From Sphyrna mokarran (Eukaryota): a stretch of 64,000 nucleotides of DNA. Positions 11,380-24,711 of the stretch are shown here, piece by piece (the stretch's first letter is position 1; the number at the start of each line of letters is the position of its first letter). The stretch is from NCBI GenBank assembly GCA_024679065.1, contig JAGIQG010000009.1:90954001-91018000 (forward strand). Reading direction: 5' to 3'. The translations under genes were made by a program, and so were the position numbers. The notes beneath the pieces are model-generated. The model worked only from the letters and a program-made list of their open reading frames with translations, was not told the origin of the DNA and ran no database searches.

Positions 11380-13710
11380 TAAAAACCTGTTGCTTTAACT
11401 TGTTAAGACTTACAACACTAAGTTAAAGCAACAGATATATTTAGTAGCAAAAGTCACTAGCTTTTGGAGTGTTTGCTGCCCCTTCATCAGGTGAGTGGGA
11501 GATGTGTTCACAAACACAGCATATAAAGACACAAACTCAATTTAGAAAATAATGGCTGGAATGCGAGTCTTTACAGGTAATCAAGTCTCAAAGATACAGA
11601 CAATGTGAGTGGAGAGAGGGTTAAGAACAATTTAAAGAGATGTGTATTGTCTCCAGCCAGGACAGTCAGTGAGATTTTGCAAGCCCAGACAAGTCGTCGG
11701 ATTACAGGTAGTGTGACATGAAACCAATGGTCTGGTTGAGACTATCCTCATGTGTGTGGAACTTGGCTATCAGTGTCTGCTCAGTGACCCTACACTGTCA
11801 TGTGTCATGTAGGCCGTTTTGGAGAACACTTACCAGAAGATCAGAGGCTGAATGCCTGTGACCATGAAGTATTCCCCAATAAGAAGAGAATACTTTTGCC
11901 GGGTGATTGTCGAACGGTGTTCATTCACTCATTGTTGTAGCTTTTGCATGGTCTCTCCAATATCCATGCCTCGGGATATCCTTTCCTGTAGCGTATCAGG
12001 TAGACAACGTTGGCCAAGTTGCAAGAGTATGTACAGTGTACTTGGTGGACGATGTTTTCACGTGAGATGCTGGCATCCGTGTCAATGATCTGGCATGTCT
12101 TGCAAAGATTTCTGTGGCAAGGTTGTGTGATGTTGTGGTTGCTGTTCCTCTGAAGGCTGGGTGGTTTGCTGCAAACCATGATCTGTTTGAGGTTGTGTGA
12201 TTGTTTTAAGGCAAGAAGTGGTGGTATAGGGATGGCCTTGGCGAGATGTTCGTCTTCATCAATGACATGTTCAAGGCTCTACAGAAGATGTCATAGCTTC
12301 TTTGGTCCGATGAAGTACTGGACGCCGTGGCCCATGTTTGTCTTCTGAAGAGATTGGTGTGGCGGCGCGTTGGAACTGTCAACTGATGAATTAAGCACCC
12401 TATCCTGTTCTTATGAGGATGTCATTCAGCGTCTAGAGGTGTCTGTTGCAATCCTCCTTATCTGAGCAGATCCTGTGCATATGGAGGACTTGTCCATAAG
12501 GGATGGCTTCTTTAATGTGTTTAGGGTGGGAGCTGGAGAAGTGAAGCATCGTGAGGTCATCTGTAGGCTTGTGATACGGTGAAGTGTTGAGTTGACCGTC
12601 CTTGGTAGAAATGCTTGTGTCTACGAACGCAACCGATTCCAGAGAGTCGTCCATGGTGTTATGATGGTGGGATGGAACTTGTTGATGTCAACATATAGTT
12701 GTTTTAATGATTGTTCACCATGAGTCCAAAGGAAGAAAATGTCATTGATGTATCTAGTGTATAGCATCAGTTGAAGGTCCTGTGCTGTGAAGAGGTCTTG
12801 TTCGAACCTGTGCATGCAGATGTTAGCATATTGAGGTGCGAATTTGGTCCCCATGGCTGTTCCATGTGTCTGGATGAAGAACTGACTGTTGAAGATGAAG
12901 ATATTATGATCCAGGATGAAGCGGATGAATTGCAGCTGGAGACTGGCAGTTGTCAGCGTTGAGTACTGAGGCAGTTGCAGCAATGCCATTGTTGTGGGCA
13001 ATGCTATTTAGAGTGCTAAGTAGTGATAAGTAGTGCTCCTGGTTCAATTGCTCCGTGTGCTGAGTTTCTGTAGAAAGTCTGTAGTGTTGCAACAAAAGCT
13101 GGGGGTTCTTTGTACAATGAGTTTCAGGATGCCCTCGACGTAGCTGGAGAGCTTCTCGCATAGGGTCCCATTGCCTGATACGATGGAACGGCTGGGTGTG
13201 TTTGCCTTGTGTATCTTCAGAAGGCAGTAGAGATCTCCAATGCAGGGCGTGTGTGGGATGTGAGGACAGAGGGTACTCTGAACGTCTGGATCAAAGGTCT
13301 TGATCAGTGTGTTCTTTGGTCGGATCTGTAAATAACTGTCTGTAGTGTTCCTCATTGTTAAGTGCACTTCTTTTCAGTCATCCGTTCTTGTTCAGTGTGA
13401 TGATGATCCTTCCTTTGCTAGTTTGATGACAATGTTGCAGTTGGTCTTGAGAATGTGGATAGCATTGCGTTGGGCTTGGGTGATATTCGGGGTTGCCTTG
13501 TGAGTGCAGTTAATGAATCTAGTGTTGGCATACCTGCTGATGGCTTGGGCATACATGTCAAGTCAAGGGCAGTGGCTTTCCAAAGGTGTCCAATTTGACT
13601 TTTTCCTCTTCATTTGCTGCAGTGTGGATCTCTGTTGGCTGTTTCAGTTCACTGGCTGTCTCATTGTGTTTGCTGTTAGCCTCTTGGGGCTTGTGGAAAA
13701 ACTTCTGCTT
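11380..13710 (-). mobile_element. Penelope-like element, older subfamily, multiply disrupted
   Basis: QTHGTAMGTKFAPQYAN, YTRYIND, NVVYLIRY..PEAW; pLTR at ~11410-11710 with a short inverted end piece at 11380-11411. Confidence 0.9.
11454..11494 (-). ncRNA. Decayed minimal hammerhead motif
   Basis: ucac-CUGAUGA-A-gggg..cucc-(A)AAA-GC-UA-guga; the G of GAAA is lost, consistent with CpG decay. Confidence 0.6.
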
Positions 13711-13914
13711 TAATCTGGACCATGCTTCAAATTCCTGGGATGCAGTCTTGCTTGTAAACTATGGGTGAGGTTCTTTCTTTTGATTCCCAATAAAGGGCCT
13801 GTAGTGATGAGAAGCTGGCTCTAGTTGAATTAGTACAGTGCCTTGCAAGACCCTTGCGGATACGTGAGAGTTAGTGTTGCCAACACTTTTCTGTGATCAT
13901 GAATCTAGTAGCTC

Positions 13915-14432
13915 ACATAGAACATGTAGAACATTGAACATTACAGCACAGTGCAGGCCCTTCAGCCCTCCAGTATTGTGCCAAGCTTTGCCTAATCCCT
14001 AGATCAAGCTATCCCCTCCCTATAATTCTGCTGTGCTCCATATGCCTATCCAATAACCGCTTAAAAGTTCTAACTGTGTCCAACTCCACTATCACAGCAG
14101 GCAGTCTCTTTCAACCCCAACCGCTCTCTGAGTGAAGAATCTATCTTGGATATCACTCCTATATCTCCCACCATGAACCTTATAGTTATGTCCCCCAGTA
14201 ACAACTACATCTACCACAGGAAATAGTCTCTGCATGTCCACTCTATCAATCCCTCTCATCATCTTATAAACCTCTATTAAGCCACCTTTCATCCTCCTCT
14301 GCTCCAAAGAGAAAAGCCATGATGTAGAGATGCCGGTGTTGGACTGGGGTAAACACAGTGTTGTCAGACTTCTTACTGTGTTTACCCCAAAGAGAAAAGC
14401 CCCAGATCCCTCAACCTTTCCTCATAAGACCA
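13915..14432 (-). mobile_element. CR1 3' fragment
   Basis: GLIEVYKMMRG..RFFTQR; tail (catagaa)n at ~13915. Confidence 0.9.
14319..14386. mobile_element. 68-bp palindromic mini-PLE insertion with 15-bp TSD
   Basis: TSD ccaaagagaaaagcc at 14304-14318 and 14387-14401; content matches the pLTR end at 5675-5732 in both orientations. Confidence 0.88.
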
Positions 14433-14434
14433 AT

Positions 14435-15510
14435 CAATTCCGTACACAACATATACTGCATTCTCCAGAAATTGAGGTCACGTGGACTGGGAGGATATCC
14501 ACTGCCAGTAGCCCTGAAAGAGATAGCTACACTGAACTTCTGTACCAGTGGCTCATTCCAAGGCTCAGCTGGGATCTCCGCTGGATCTCACAAGCTTCTA
14601 TTGGACAGTGATAGCCTTTTTCCTAGGATGGAGAAAGCTAGCACGAGGGGACACAGCTTTAAATTAAGGCGTGATAGTTATAGGACGGATATCAGAGGTA
14701 GGTTCTTTACCCAAAGGGTGGTTCGGGAGTGGAATGCCCTGCCTGCAGCAGTTGTAGATGCGCCAAGTTTGGTGGCGTTTAAGAGGTTAGTTGATAAGTA
14801 TATGGAAGAGGAGGGAATGGTTTAGTTTGGAGGGGCATTGCTTTTTATATTGGTCGGCACAACATCGAAGGCCGAAGGGCCTGTTCTGTGCTGTAATGTT
14901 CTATGTTCTATGTTCTATCTGTAAGTGTATCCAGGAGTTAACTGATGCTGTTTTTGTCCAGGCTCACAATTCCCTGCGCTTTGCAAGAGATCAAGCAAGC
15001 TAGGTGGCAGGGCATTGGGTTTTGCAGTGATTTCCAGATTCTCACAAGTGAGGGTGCCACCAATCACATACATATATGTACATACATATATACATACAAG
15101 CACTGCAGTACATCTACAGCAAAGGTTCCATTTGCTGAATGTGCAGCTGGTATGTGACCACAACAAACAAATTCTGCTGTTTGCTTGAAGTATTTTTGAA
15201 GCTTCTAAGTCTTAGATCACTTATTCTGGGCATTTTGAGGGACAGCACTGCTTTTTAGGTTGGTTTCCCAGTGGCAAAGTGTAATTGCAATGGATGTGAC
15301 TCATGATACTTGTCTGGAGGCCACACTGAATCTGAGAGAAGGTACAATCCTACTCATGTCTCTACATGAATATTGGTGGAGTGCACCACAGACATTTTAA
15401 TGATGAGATTCTGATGCCTGGACAGATCTGGTAGGCCACTACAGTACAGTCCCTAGAGGGTCCCATAGATCATATGGTCACATGGTCTGCTGCATGTTTC
15501 ACAATCCAGC
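14435..15510 (+). mobile_element. PIF/Harbinger DDE transposase remnant, split by a CR1 tail
   Basis: GGYPLPVALK..LNFCTSGSFQG; CIQELTDAVF; KGFHLLNVQLVCDH (frameshifted); MRF*CLDRSGRPLQYSP; VCCMFHN. Confidence 0.88.
14601..14917 (+). mobile_element. CR1 3' end (young subfamily shared with 36945 and 39311)
   Basis: TRGHSFKL..RFFTQRVV; near-identical UTR; (gttctat)n tail. Confidence 0.92.
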
Positions 15511-16106
15511 AATGCAAAGAGGGTTGGAGGGAAGCCATCAGATGCCAAGATTAAAGAGCTACATATCTCTTCTATAAAGACAAGATGTTCTTCCTGAAAT
15601 AGAGAATGTGAATTGTGGTAAATTGTCTTGTATTCACATCTCTGAAGGTGCTGCTTCTTTGGCACCTCTCACAGATCCCAGTCACTATGGCAGCCTACAA
15701 GAGGCAATTCTGTTGCTCAACTATCCTCACTGAACATATATCTGCATGCCTTCAATGTGACAACCATTTCCAGGAGATAATGTCACCCAAGGAGTATACT
15801 GAACATTGCAAGATTCTACAAGTTGCCTGACATATATTACAGTGCTTCCTCTTGACCAAAGATAGTCCACCACCAGAGCTGCCTCTGGTAAAAGGTAGCA
15901 GATTCATACATCATGAAACCCTCAAGATTACTTGATAGTAAATAGCACATACCAGCTTTACTACATCCTCTCTCCTAACCAAGAACTAACTTCAGCATAT
16001 CATTAAGCTACCATATACACTTCCAGAGCTTGCTTAAGACTTCATTGAATGCAGTAAGTAATCATTTGTAACCAGCATTACTGGTCTTGGCAAATGTTTC
16101 AATTAG

Positions 16107-16380
16107 GGTGACTTGCCTGGGTTTGCAAAATCTCACTAACTGTCCTGGCTGGAGACAATACACACACCTCTTTAACTCTCTCCACTCACATTGTCTGTAC
16201 CTTTAAGACTTGATTACTTGTAAAGACTTGCATTCCAACCAATATCTTATAAATTGAGTTTGTGTCTTTATATGCTGTTTGTGAACACAATTCCTTATTA
16301 ATGAAAGAGTGAGACTCAGAAAGCTTGTGCTGCTAAACAAACCTGTTGGACTTTAAATCTGGTATTGTGAAACTTCTTAT
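16107..16380 (+). mobile_element. PLE pLTR-only fragment
   Basis: Matches the reverse complement of 11420-11695; gaaagcttg remnant; ends at acttctta. Confidence 0.8.
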
Positions 16381-17804
16381 GCAGAGTAGCAGTAGACTCC
16401 CTTTCTCTCCACTGATCTCAGGCAGAGTGACAGCGGACATCCCCCCACTCCTTCCCCCCCCCACCCCATTTTGGGCAGTGTCCCGATTGCAGCCATTTTT
16501 GGACCTTGGTAAAGGGGAATCAATATGAACTCATTGTGCTACTTGCTTCATGCCCAACTTTACCAAGTTTTTACGCCTGGAAATGGGCTCAACACAATGG
16601 TAAAATCAGGCCATGTTAGTCCATTGCAGCACTAATGGAGTGCTTTAGTATTGAAAAATAAGTATGAGGAGGTGCTGCACAGTTGGAGGGTCAGTGCTGA
16701 GTTGCCGCTGTATTGTCAGAAGGGCACCGCTATGGGAATGCTGAACTGTTGGAGGGACAGTATGAGGAAATGACTGCAGTGGCCAGGCAGAAATGAAGAT
16801 GCATTGAATAGTTGAAGGGGCAGTTGCCTGATGGTATGCAGCACTGCAGGAGGAGAAGTACTGGCCTGTTAGAAGATGAGTACTGAGAGCACACTACCAA
16901 TTAGAGATGCTGGGTGGAATCATCTGGTCTCATCAACAATGGCAAGCGTGATGGGTGATTGAACTTAATTTAGCACGAGGCTAAAAATCACAACGTCAGG
17001 ATGAACCGCAGCAGGTTTGTTCTTAGGACTTGCTTCATATCAGGTGTTGGTAGCAAAAGCTGTGCCAAGGTTGGATACAGAGGGCAGGAACAATAACAAA
17101 GTGGGAAGAGGGGAGGGAATGGTGAAGAGTGAAGCAGAGGCAGGAGAAAGGAGGAGGACCAGTAGGGAATTTGGGAAAGGTGGAACCAAGGAACAATAGG
17201 GTAATGAGGGCGGGGGAGAGACTGGAATGGAGTCAGGAGAGGTGGACAAGACCAATAAGGAAGGGTGGAGTGGATGCAGAATAGAGTAGGCACAGCTAAT
17301 AGTGAAGAATGGAATAGGTGCAAGATGGAAAGATGGAACAAAGTCTTGGGCTGTGAGGGAGAACATGCAGGAAAGGATGGGAGGCTGTCCTGGGAAGATA
17401 GACAGACTGTCTGGGGCATGTTTGGAGGCTGCCTGGGGAAGGAAGCTAAGTTATCCTAGGCAGTGTGTCTGAGGAAGGAAATCAAATTGTACTGGCCATG
17501 TTAGAAAGGAAGTGGAGGGGTAGGATGAGGGGAAATATGACAAATAACAGGAGAGAGGGTAAAACATTCTGGAAATGCTGGCAAATCTCACACATGCCAT
17601 GCAAAAATTCTAAAGTTTGTTGTGCAGTTTCTGAAGCCTTTCAAGTTTTTGATATCAGAAAACTTAGACTGATTGTGAGGAATTAAGTCTCACCAATGTT
17701 ATCTTTTAGCCCAAGTGAAGGGAAAGCTCTATTAATTATTAATTCTCTCCATGGAGAACTGATTTTGTAACTGATAATGCCAGGTCACTGTTCACACTGT
17801 GCTG

Positions 17805-17985
17805 TGAGGAGAGCTACAATGCCTTCTGACTGAGCAGACAATAGGTATATAATCCAATTGGTCCATCAAGTCTGCACAAACTCTCTAACAAGAGTATCCT
17901 AAAGATAAAGTTTAGATGTTTGGAGCACTCAGACAGCTCTTCAATACTCTTCACAGGGTGTCCCAGATCAATTTTGACTGCAGAT
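17805..17985 (+). mobile_element. Harbinger transposase C-terminal remnant
   Basis: EESYNA..EQTIG..ILKIKFRCLEHS..LQYS, homologous to 15403-15470. Confidence 0.65.
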
Positions 17986-18469
17986 GTCTTGCCTGAGGGA
18001 GGCATGGAGGAATGAGGTATCTTCTCTATCAAGGACACTGAAGGGATTGGAGCTGACAAGCTCGAGGATGTTGCTGCTATACATGCACCAGCCATTGCAG
18101 CAGTAAGACATGGTAGACATGCCCGTGACAATCTGAGAGCTATCAGATTCTAGGCTGAGGAAGCTGCCAACACCTTTGTGGAAATTTGGTTTTCTATCTT
18201 CTGCTTTGCTGTAATTTGATCCTTTGCATGTGCCAAACTGTGCAAAAATGCCCCATGCTAAATGTGCACATTAGATCATGCACAGCACTCTGTTCTGAAA
18301 CCTTGGACATCTTTAAGTAGAATTTTGATTTCACCCATGCACTGTATGGCAACGTGCAAACTTTATCAAATCAAACCTCACCCAGCAATGCGCTCACTTC
18401 GTCCTGACACCTGCCTCCAAAATGGAGCTAACCTGGCAGAGATGCTTTCAAGTAGAACCAGACAGATTA

Positions 18470-18870
18470 GGGAACATAAGAATATAAGAAATAGGAGCAG
18501 GAGTAGGCCATACAGCCTCTCAAGCCTGCTCCGCCATGCAATAAGATTGGGCTGATTGCAGCGGTTCAGAACCACTTTCCCGCTTTTTCTCCGTAATCCT
18601 TAATTCCTTGTCAATCAAAAACCTATCCACTCTTGACTTAAATATATTCAGCAAGGAAGCCTCCACCACTTCAACAGGCAGAGAATTCTAAAGATTGACC
18701 ACCCTTTGCGTGAAGAAATTCCTCTTCAACTCTGATCTGAACTGTTTCCCTGCCCCCCACCCCAATCTTGAGGCTGTGCCCTCTAATCCTGCTATCTTTG
18801 TTAAGTGGGAAGAGTCTCTCAACCTCTACCCTATGCATCCCCTTCATTATCTTATACGTCTCTATAAATT
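18470..18870 (-). mobile_element. CR1 3' fragment (cataaga-tail subfamily)
   Basis: IETYKIMKG..RGHSLKI; tail gaacataagaatataagaa. Confidence 0.85.
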
Positions 18871-19159
18871 TTCTATCTGTTGTGTAAATACCATAAGCAG
18901 TCAATCAAAATCTAGTTAAAGATTGTGAAATTTAATGTAAAGAAAGCTTTTTAAAAGTTTTGAGATTTCTGGGAAGGCTCTGGGACTTGAAAAATTGCAA
19001 TGTTAAAAGAATGGGGCTGAGTGAGCAGCTGTGGTGAAATGGAAATGCGCTTCAGGCTTATGGCTTGTATCAACAATGAAGTGTTTGATCTTCTTTGAAC
19101 CGTCAATCATTCAAAATGGCCAGACTGCATCTTCTGCTCAGAACCTATAAAAGGGAATT

Positions 19160-19340
19160 TCCCAGACTGAAACTGACATCATCTAGTCCGTCAGAGGACT
19201 TCAAATGGGTCTGCTCATACCTAGGGCTTCTGAAACAGCACAAGTGATATCCCCAATGAAAATGACATCTCCTGTTGGTCAGAGGACATCAAAGGCAACT
19301 GCTCAGACTTGGAGCTTCTGAGAAACAGCAAAGGAAATCC
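19160..19340. repeat. Diverged ~90-bp direct tandem duplication
   Basis: tgacatc..gtcagaggac.tcaaa..ctgctca..gcttctga..aacagca occurs twice. Confidence 0.75.
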
Positions 19341-20245
19341 CTTCTGTAGAATGGAATGTTGCTGTGATTTTGAAGGTTGCCAGGTATCCGGGACATGGAT
19401 ATTAAAGTGACCAAACTACTTCAAAGGTTTCACAATACACATACAAGCATGAAGGCATGGAACAGAAAGCTGCTTAAGATCACCATGTTCCACTTTTCCC
19501 ATGCTAGGAGGGGCAATCAGCCATGAGACCTCATCCCAGGGGAGAGTCCCAAGGTTAACCCCTTCCCCTCGCAGCTTGAGCCCACCCAAGCCTCCAGGTC
19601 CCATAGATTCCCCTTTACAGTTTGTCACTGGGAGAGGATCATATTGACACAAAACTTATCTTCTTGTCCTCCCTCAAGAGTCCAAAGCATTTGACCAGGT
19701 TTGACAGTGACAGTGGGGTCACCCTTAAATCTACATGAGAGGATGAGGGGATGACTTGTTCTTTTATTGGTGGTGGGAGCATAGGCAGAGGGGAGGATGC
19801 CCTCTTTGCTGAGGAGCTGGGGGAGTGCTTGGGCTGGGAGGGGCCTTGGTCAGTGGGGAGAGGAGGGGGAAGGTGGAGATGGGGGGGCGTTGCATTTGGG
19901 CTAGCTATGTTCATAGTGTTGGGGAGAAAATGGGCTTGTCTCTGAATACTGAGATCGAAGCACCCTTGAAAAATGGCACCCCAATCACTGTAAAGCCAGG
20001 CTGGCATGCATGTTTTATATCTTGTACATAATTACATTATAAAGGTGGCTGAATTCTGCCTGACAGGCACTGCCACAGCCAGCAGGAAACACACTGGTTT
20101 TGCCACCAGTGGCAATATTTCATTTTTTTTTAAAACAGAGAATTGAGGCCATTCTCTATATCATTCATTCTCCTCTCCCAGCCACATTTAATGGAAATGT
20201 CCCTTTACTATTTTAGAGAGATTCAAAGTCATAGACCCTCTTAAA

Positions 20246-23005
20246 AACATAGAAACATAGAACAATACAGCACAAACAGGCCCTTCGGCCCACGAGTTGC
20301 GCCAATCACATCTACCAATCCACAGACCTATCTATAACGCCCTATCCCATTCGTTTCCATATACTCATCCAGAAGTTTTTTAAAAAACCCCAGCAAGTTT
20401 GCCTCAACAACCTCCGACGGCAGCTGATTCCATTCACTCACTACCCTCTGAGTGAAAAACTTACCCCTAACATCCCCTCTGTATTTGCTTCCCTGCACCT
20501 TAAATCTGTGTCCTCTCGTAGTGACCATTTCAGATCGGGGAAATAGTCTCTGAGAGTCCATCCTATCTATTCCTCTCAACATTTTATAAACCTCTATCAG
20601 GTCGCCTCTCAACCTACGTCTCTCCAGTGAGAAGAGTCCCAGCTCCCTCAACCTATCTTCATAAGGCCTGCCTCCCAATCCAGGCAGCATCCTTGTAAAT
20701 CTCCTCTGCACTCTCTCAATAGCCCCTACATCCTTCCTATAGTGAGGCGACCAGAACTGCTCACAATACTCCAAGTGGGGTCTGACAAGAGTCTTATAGA
20801 GCTGCATCATTACCTCCTGACTCCTAAACTCTATTCCTCAATTAATGAAGGCCAGTACACTCTACGCCTTCTGACCACTTCCTCCACCTGCGAGGCTGAT
20901 TTAAGAGTCCTATGGACCCGGACCCCGAGATCCTTCTGCTCTACAACAGAGCTAAGACTCCTACCCCTTATATTGTACTCCTTCATCCCATTATTCCTGC
21001 CAAAATGGACCACTACACATTTATCCGCGTTGAAGTCCATCTGCCACTTCTCCGCCCAGTCTTGCATCCTGTCTATGTCCCGCTGCAACTTTTGACATCC
21101 CTCCAGACCATCCACAACACCACCGACCTTTGTATCGTCGGCAAACTTACTAACCCATCCCTCCACTTCCTCATCCAGGTCATTTATGAAAATGACAAAC
21201 AGCAGGGGTCCCAGAACAGATCCCTGGGGCACTCCACTGGTTACCGACCTCCATGCAGAACAAGACCCATCCACAACCACTCTCTGCCTTCTGCTGGCAA
21301 GCCAGTTCTGGATCCACGAGGCCAAAGCCCCTTGGATCCCATGCCCTCTCACCTTCTCCAGAAGCCTTGCATGGGGGACCTTATCAAACACCTTACTAAA
21401 GTCCATGTACACTACGTCCACCGCTCTTCCTTTGTCAATGTGTTCAGTCACATTTTCAAAGAACTCAACTAGGCTCGTAAGGCATGACCTGCCCTTGACA
21501 AAACCATGCTGACTATTTCTAATCAGTCTAAACTTCTCCAAATGTTCATATATCTTATCCCTCAGAAGCCTCTCCATCAGCTTACCAACCACTGAAGTCA
21601 GACTCACCGGTCGGTAATTTCCTGGACTATCCCTGTTCCCTTTCTTAAAGATAGGAACCACATCCGCAATCCTCCAATCCTCCGGAACCTCTCCCGTTTC
21701 CATGGACGACGCAAAGATCATCGCCAGGGGCTCTGCAACCACTTCCCTCACCTCCCACAATAACCTGGGGTACATCCCATCCGGTCCCGGCAACTTGTCT
21801 ATCTTGATAGAATTTAACAGGTCTAACACATCCTCTTTCCTAACATCCACATACTCAATCTTTTCCGTTTGCCTCAAACCTGCAGTACAACCTCCCAGTT
21901 CACTTTCCACCGTGAATACCGAGGCAAAGTACTCGTTAAGCACCTCTGCCATTTCTTCCAGATTCACACAGACTTTCCCCCCTTCACCTTTTATGGGTCC
22001 TATCCCTTCTCTTCTCATCCTTTTACTTTTCACATATTTGTAGAAGGCCTTGGGATTCTCCTTAATGTTACCTGCCAAGGCCTTCTTATGACCCCTTCTG
22101 GCTCTCCTAATTTCCTTTTTAAGCTCCCTTCTACACACCTTATACTCCTCTAGATCACTAACATCTCCTAGCTCTCTGAACCTTTTATACACCTTTCTTT
22201 TCTTCCTAACTAGGTTCACCACAACCTTCGTGCACTACAGTTCCCGCGTCTTACCAAAACCTCCTTGTCTCCTCGGAACGTTGTCTTGCAGAGCCCCAGA
22301 CAAACATTCCTTGAATATCCGCCACTTTCCTTCTGTACTCTTCCCCAAGAACACCTCCTTCCAGTTTATACGTCCAATTACCTGCCTAATGTTTTCATAT
22401 TTCCCCTTACTCCAGACAAACACCTTCCTACCCTGCCTGATCCTATCTCTTTCCATTGCTATCATGAAAGAGATAGAATTATGATCTCCTTTCCCAAGAT
22501 GCTCTCCTACCGTGAGATCCGACACCTGTCCTGGCTCATTAGCCAGCACCAGGTCAAGTACAGCCTCTCCTCTTGTAGGCTTTTCCACGTACTGTGTCAG
22601 GAAACCTTCCTGAACACACCTAACAAACTCCTTGCCATCCAAACCCCTTCCCTTTGGGATATTCCAGTCGATGTTTGGGAAATTGAAATCTCCCATCACG
22701 ACAAACTTGTTATTTCTACATCTGTCTAGGATCTGATTCCCTATCTGCACCTCAACTTCCCTGTCGCTATTGGGCGGCCTATAGAATACACCCAGCAAAG
22801 TTATCGACCTTTTGCTGTTCCTAACTTCCACCCACAGGGACTCCGTAGACAATCCATCCACGTCTTCCACCTTCTTTGCAGCCATGACACTGTCCCTGAT
22901 CAACAGTGCCACACGACTTCCTCTTTTGCCCCCAACCTGTCCCTCCTGAAGCATCTGAATCCCGGCACCTGAAGTACCCAGTCCTGTCCCTGAGACAACC
23001 AAGTC
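20246..23005 (-). mobile_element. CR1 LINE, near-complete ORF2 (APE endonuclease + RT), one stop and one frameshift
   Basis: ORFs 22235-23002 (YRPP, GDFNFP, LDL, GDH), 20831-22222 (YRPVSLTS, FADD) and 20328-20810. Confidence 0.97.
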
Positions 23006-23364
23006 TCTGTAAAGTCTCTTATAGCCTACTTTTAGAATGATAGATCTCTTTATTGGCTAAGTTTTACAGTAACAGGTGCCTTATCTTTCTCTCTCCCACA
23101 CATTCCAAATTCAGTAAGTTACTTATCCCACTGATGGAACTTGAGCTTTGCCAGGCTGCTTCAATTTGACAGGCGTATTGATCCTCATCCCCAGCATTTA
23201 TTGCAATCGCTTTCTAGATCTGATGGATCCCATTGTTTTCAGTTGCATCCTGAGGATAGTGTCTCAGACATTACCTCTCCATCCCTTGACCTCGATGTCT
23301 AAAAGATAAAAGCTGGTAACCAGGCAGGAGAGAGTGAGTAGCTTGTACTGATTATTGAGCTCTT

Positions 23365-23960
23365 ATAGAACACTACAGCACAAACAGGCCCTTCGGCCCA
23401 CAAGTTATACCGATCACATCTATACCTACCAATCCACAGACCTATCTATAACCCCCGATCCTATTCGTTTCCATATACTCATCCAGAAGTCTTTTAAAAG
23501 ACCCCAGCGATTTTGCCTCTACCACCACCAATGGCAGCTGATTCCACTCACTCACCACCCTCTGAGTGAAAAACTTACCCCTAACATCTCCTCTGTACTT
23601 GCTTCCCTGCACCTTAAATCTGTGTCCTCTCGTAGCGACCATTTCAGCCCGGGGAAATAGCCTCTGAGAATCCACCCTATCTATTCCTCTCAACATTTTA
23701 TAAACCTCTATCAGGTCGCCTCTCAACCTTCGTCTCTCCAGGGAGAAGAGTCCCAGCTCCCTCAACCTATCTTCATAAGGCATGCCTCCCAATCCAGGCA
23801 GCATCCTTGTAAATCTCCACTGCACCCTTTCAATAGCCTCTACATCCTTCCTATAGTGGCGACCAGAACTGCGCACAGTACTCTAAGTGGGGTCTGACAA
23901 GGGTCTTATAAAGTTGCAGCATTACCTCCCGACTCCTAAACTCAATCCCACGATTAATGA
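23365..23960 (-). mobile_element. CR1 3' fragment, same subfamily as 20246
   Basis: ORF 23442-23876 near-identical to 20328-20810. Confidence 0.93.
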
Positions 23961-23970
23961 AGACATCTGG

Positions 23971-24137
23971 TTGTGAACTCTATGCAATAGCTTACCTGTG
24001 AGCCTTGTGCAATGGAGCCTGCTTGTGAGCCCTGTGCAATAGCAGACTGCCTCTGACACCTGTGCAATAATAGTCTGCCTGTGAACCCTATGCAATAGCT
24101 TACCTGTGAGTCCTGTGCAACAGCAGCCTGCCTGTGA
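23971..24137. repeat. Minisatellite, six 25-28 bp units
   Basis: tgtgaRccctRtgcaatagc(agc)ctgcc; units 1 and 5 share the short ttacc variant. Confidence 0.85.
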
Positions 24138-24711
24138 TGTCTTTTCTGGAGACTTTGGCTGAACTGTAATGGGAAAGGGTGAAAACACAAACATTAAACC
24201 CACAGTGAATGGAATAGGAGAACAGTTTGATAGATTAGTGAAGTTAGAGCAGAACATGGGCTCAAAACTGAAATCGATGTTTTTCCATCCAAAATATTCC
24301 TTTCCAAAGCTTACACCCAATTTTATATGCTTAACAAGTCCTAATTCCAATTGCCATTTCCAGTGTTTGTTCCAGGATTGATCCGAATCTCATTTCTTTT
24401 TAGTCTTCACTGTGATGTGATTGGTTGTCACCCATCTCATTCTGTCTGGCTCTAAACTAATATAGTTCTTTCCATCAAATCCAACTCTCATTGATCTCTT
24501 AATGGAGCCATCTTCAATGATCTTGACAGTCCTTATCAATTGCAAAACATGCATTCCTTTTGAATATTAACAGAGCAACAAAAAATTTAATGGCGAGGTC
24601 TTTTTACTATTTTAGGGAGACTCAAAGTTATAGATTCTCTTGCCGACCCATTGTTACAATGATTGATCTCTTTATTAGCTCAGTTTTACATGAACCTTTC
24701 TAAAAAGTGAC

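Noticed and set aside
16640-17560. Possible coding or regulatory region
   Set aside because: A degenerate short-period repeat followed by a purine-rich low-complexity tract; ORFs are compositionally biased.
20742-22729. Plus-strand ORFs overlapping CR1 (likewise those antisense to PLEs)
   Set aside because: Antisense shadows of retroelement coding frames.
23971-24137. CRISPR-like array
   Set aside because: Units are contiguous with no unique spacers, in a eukaryotic context.
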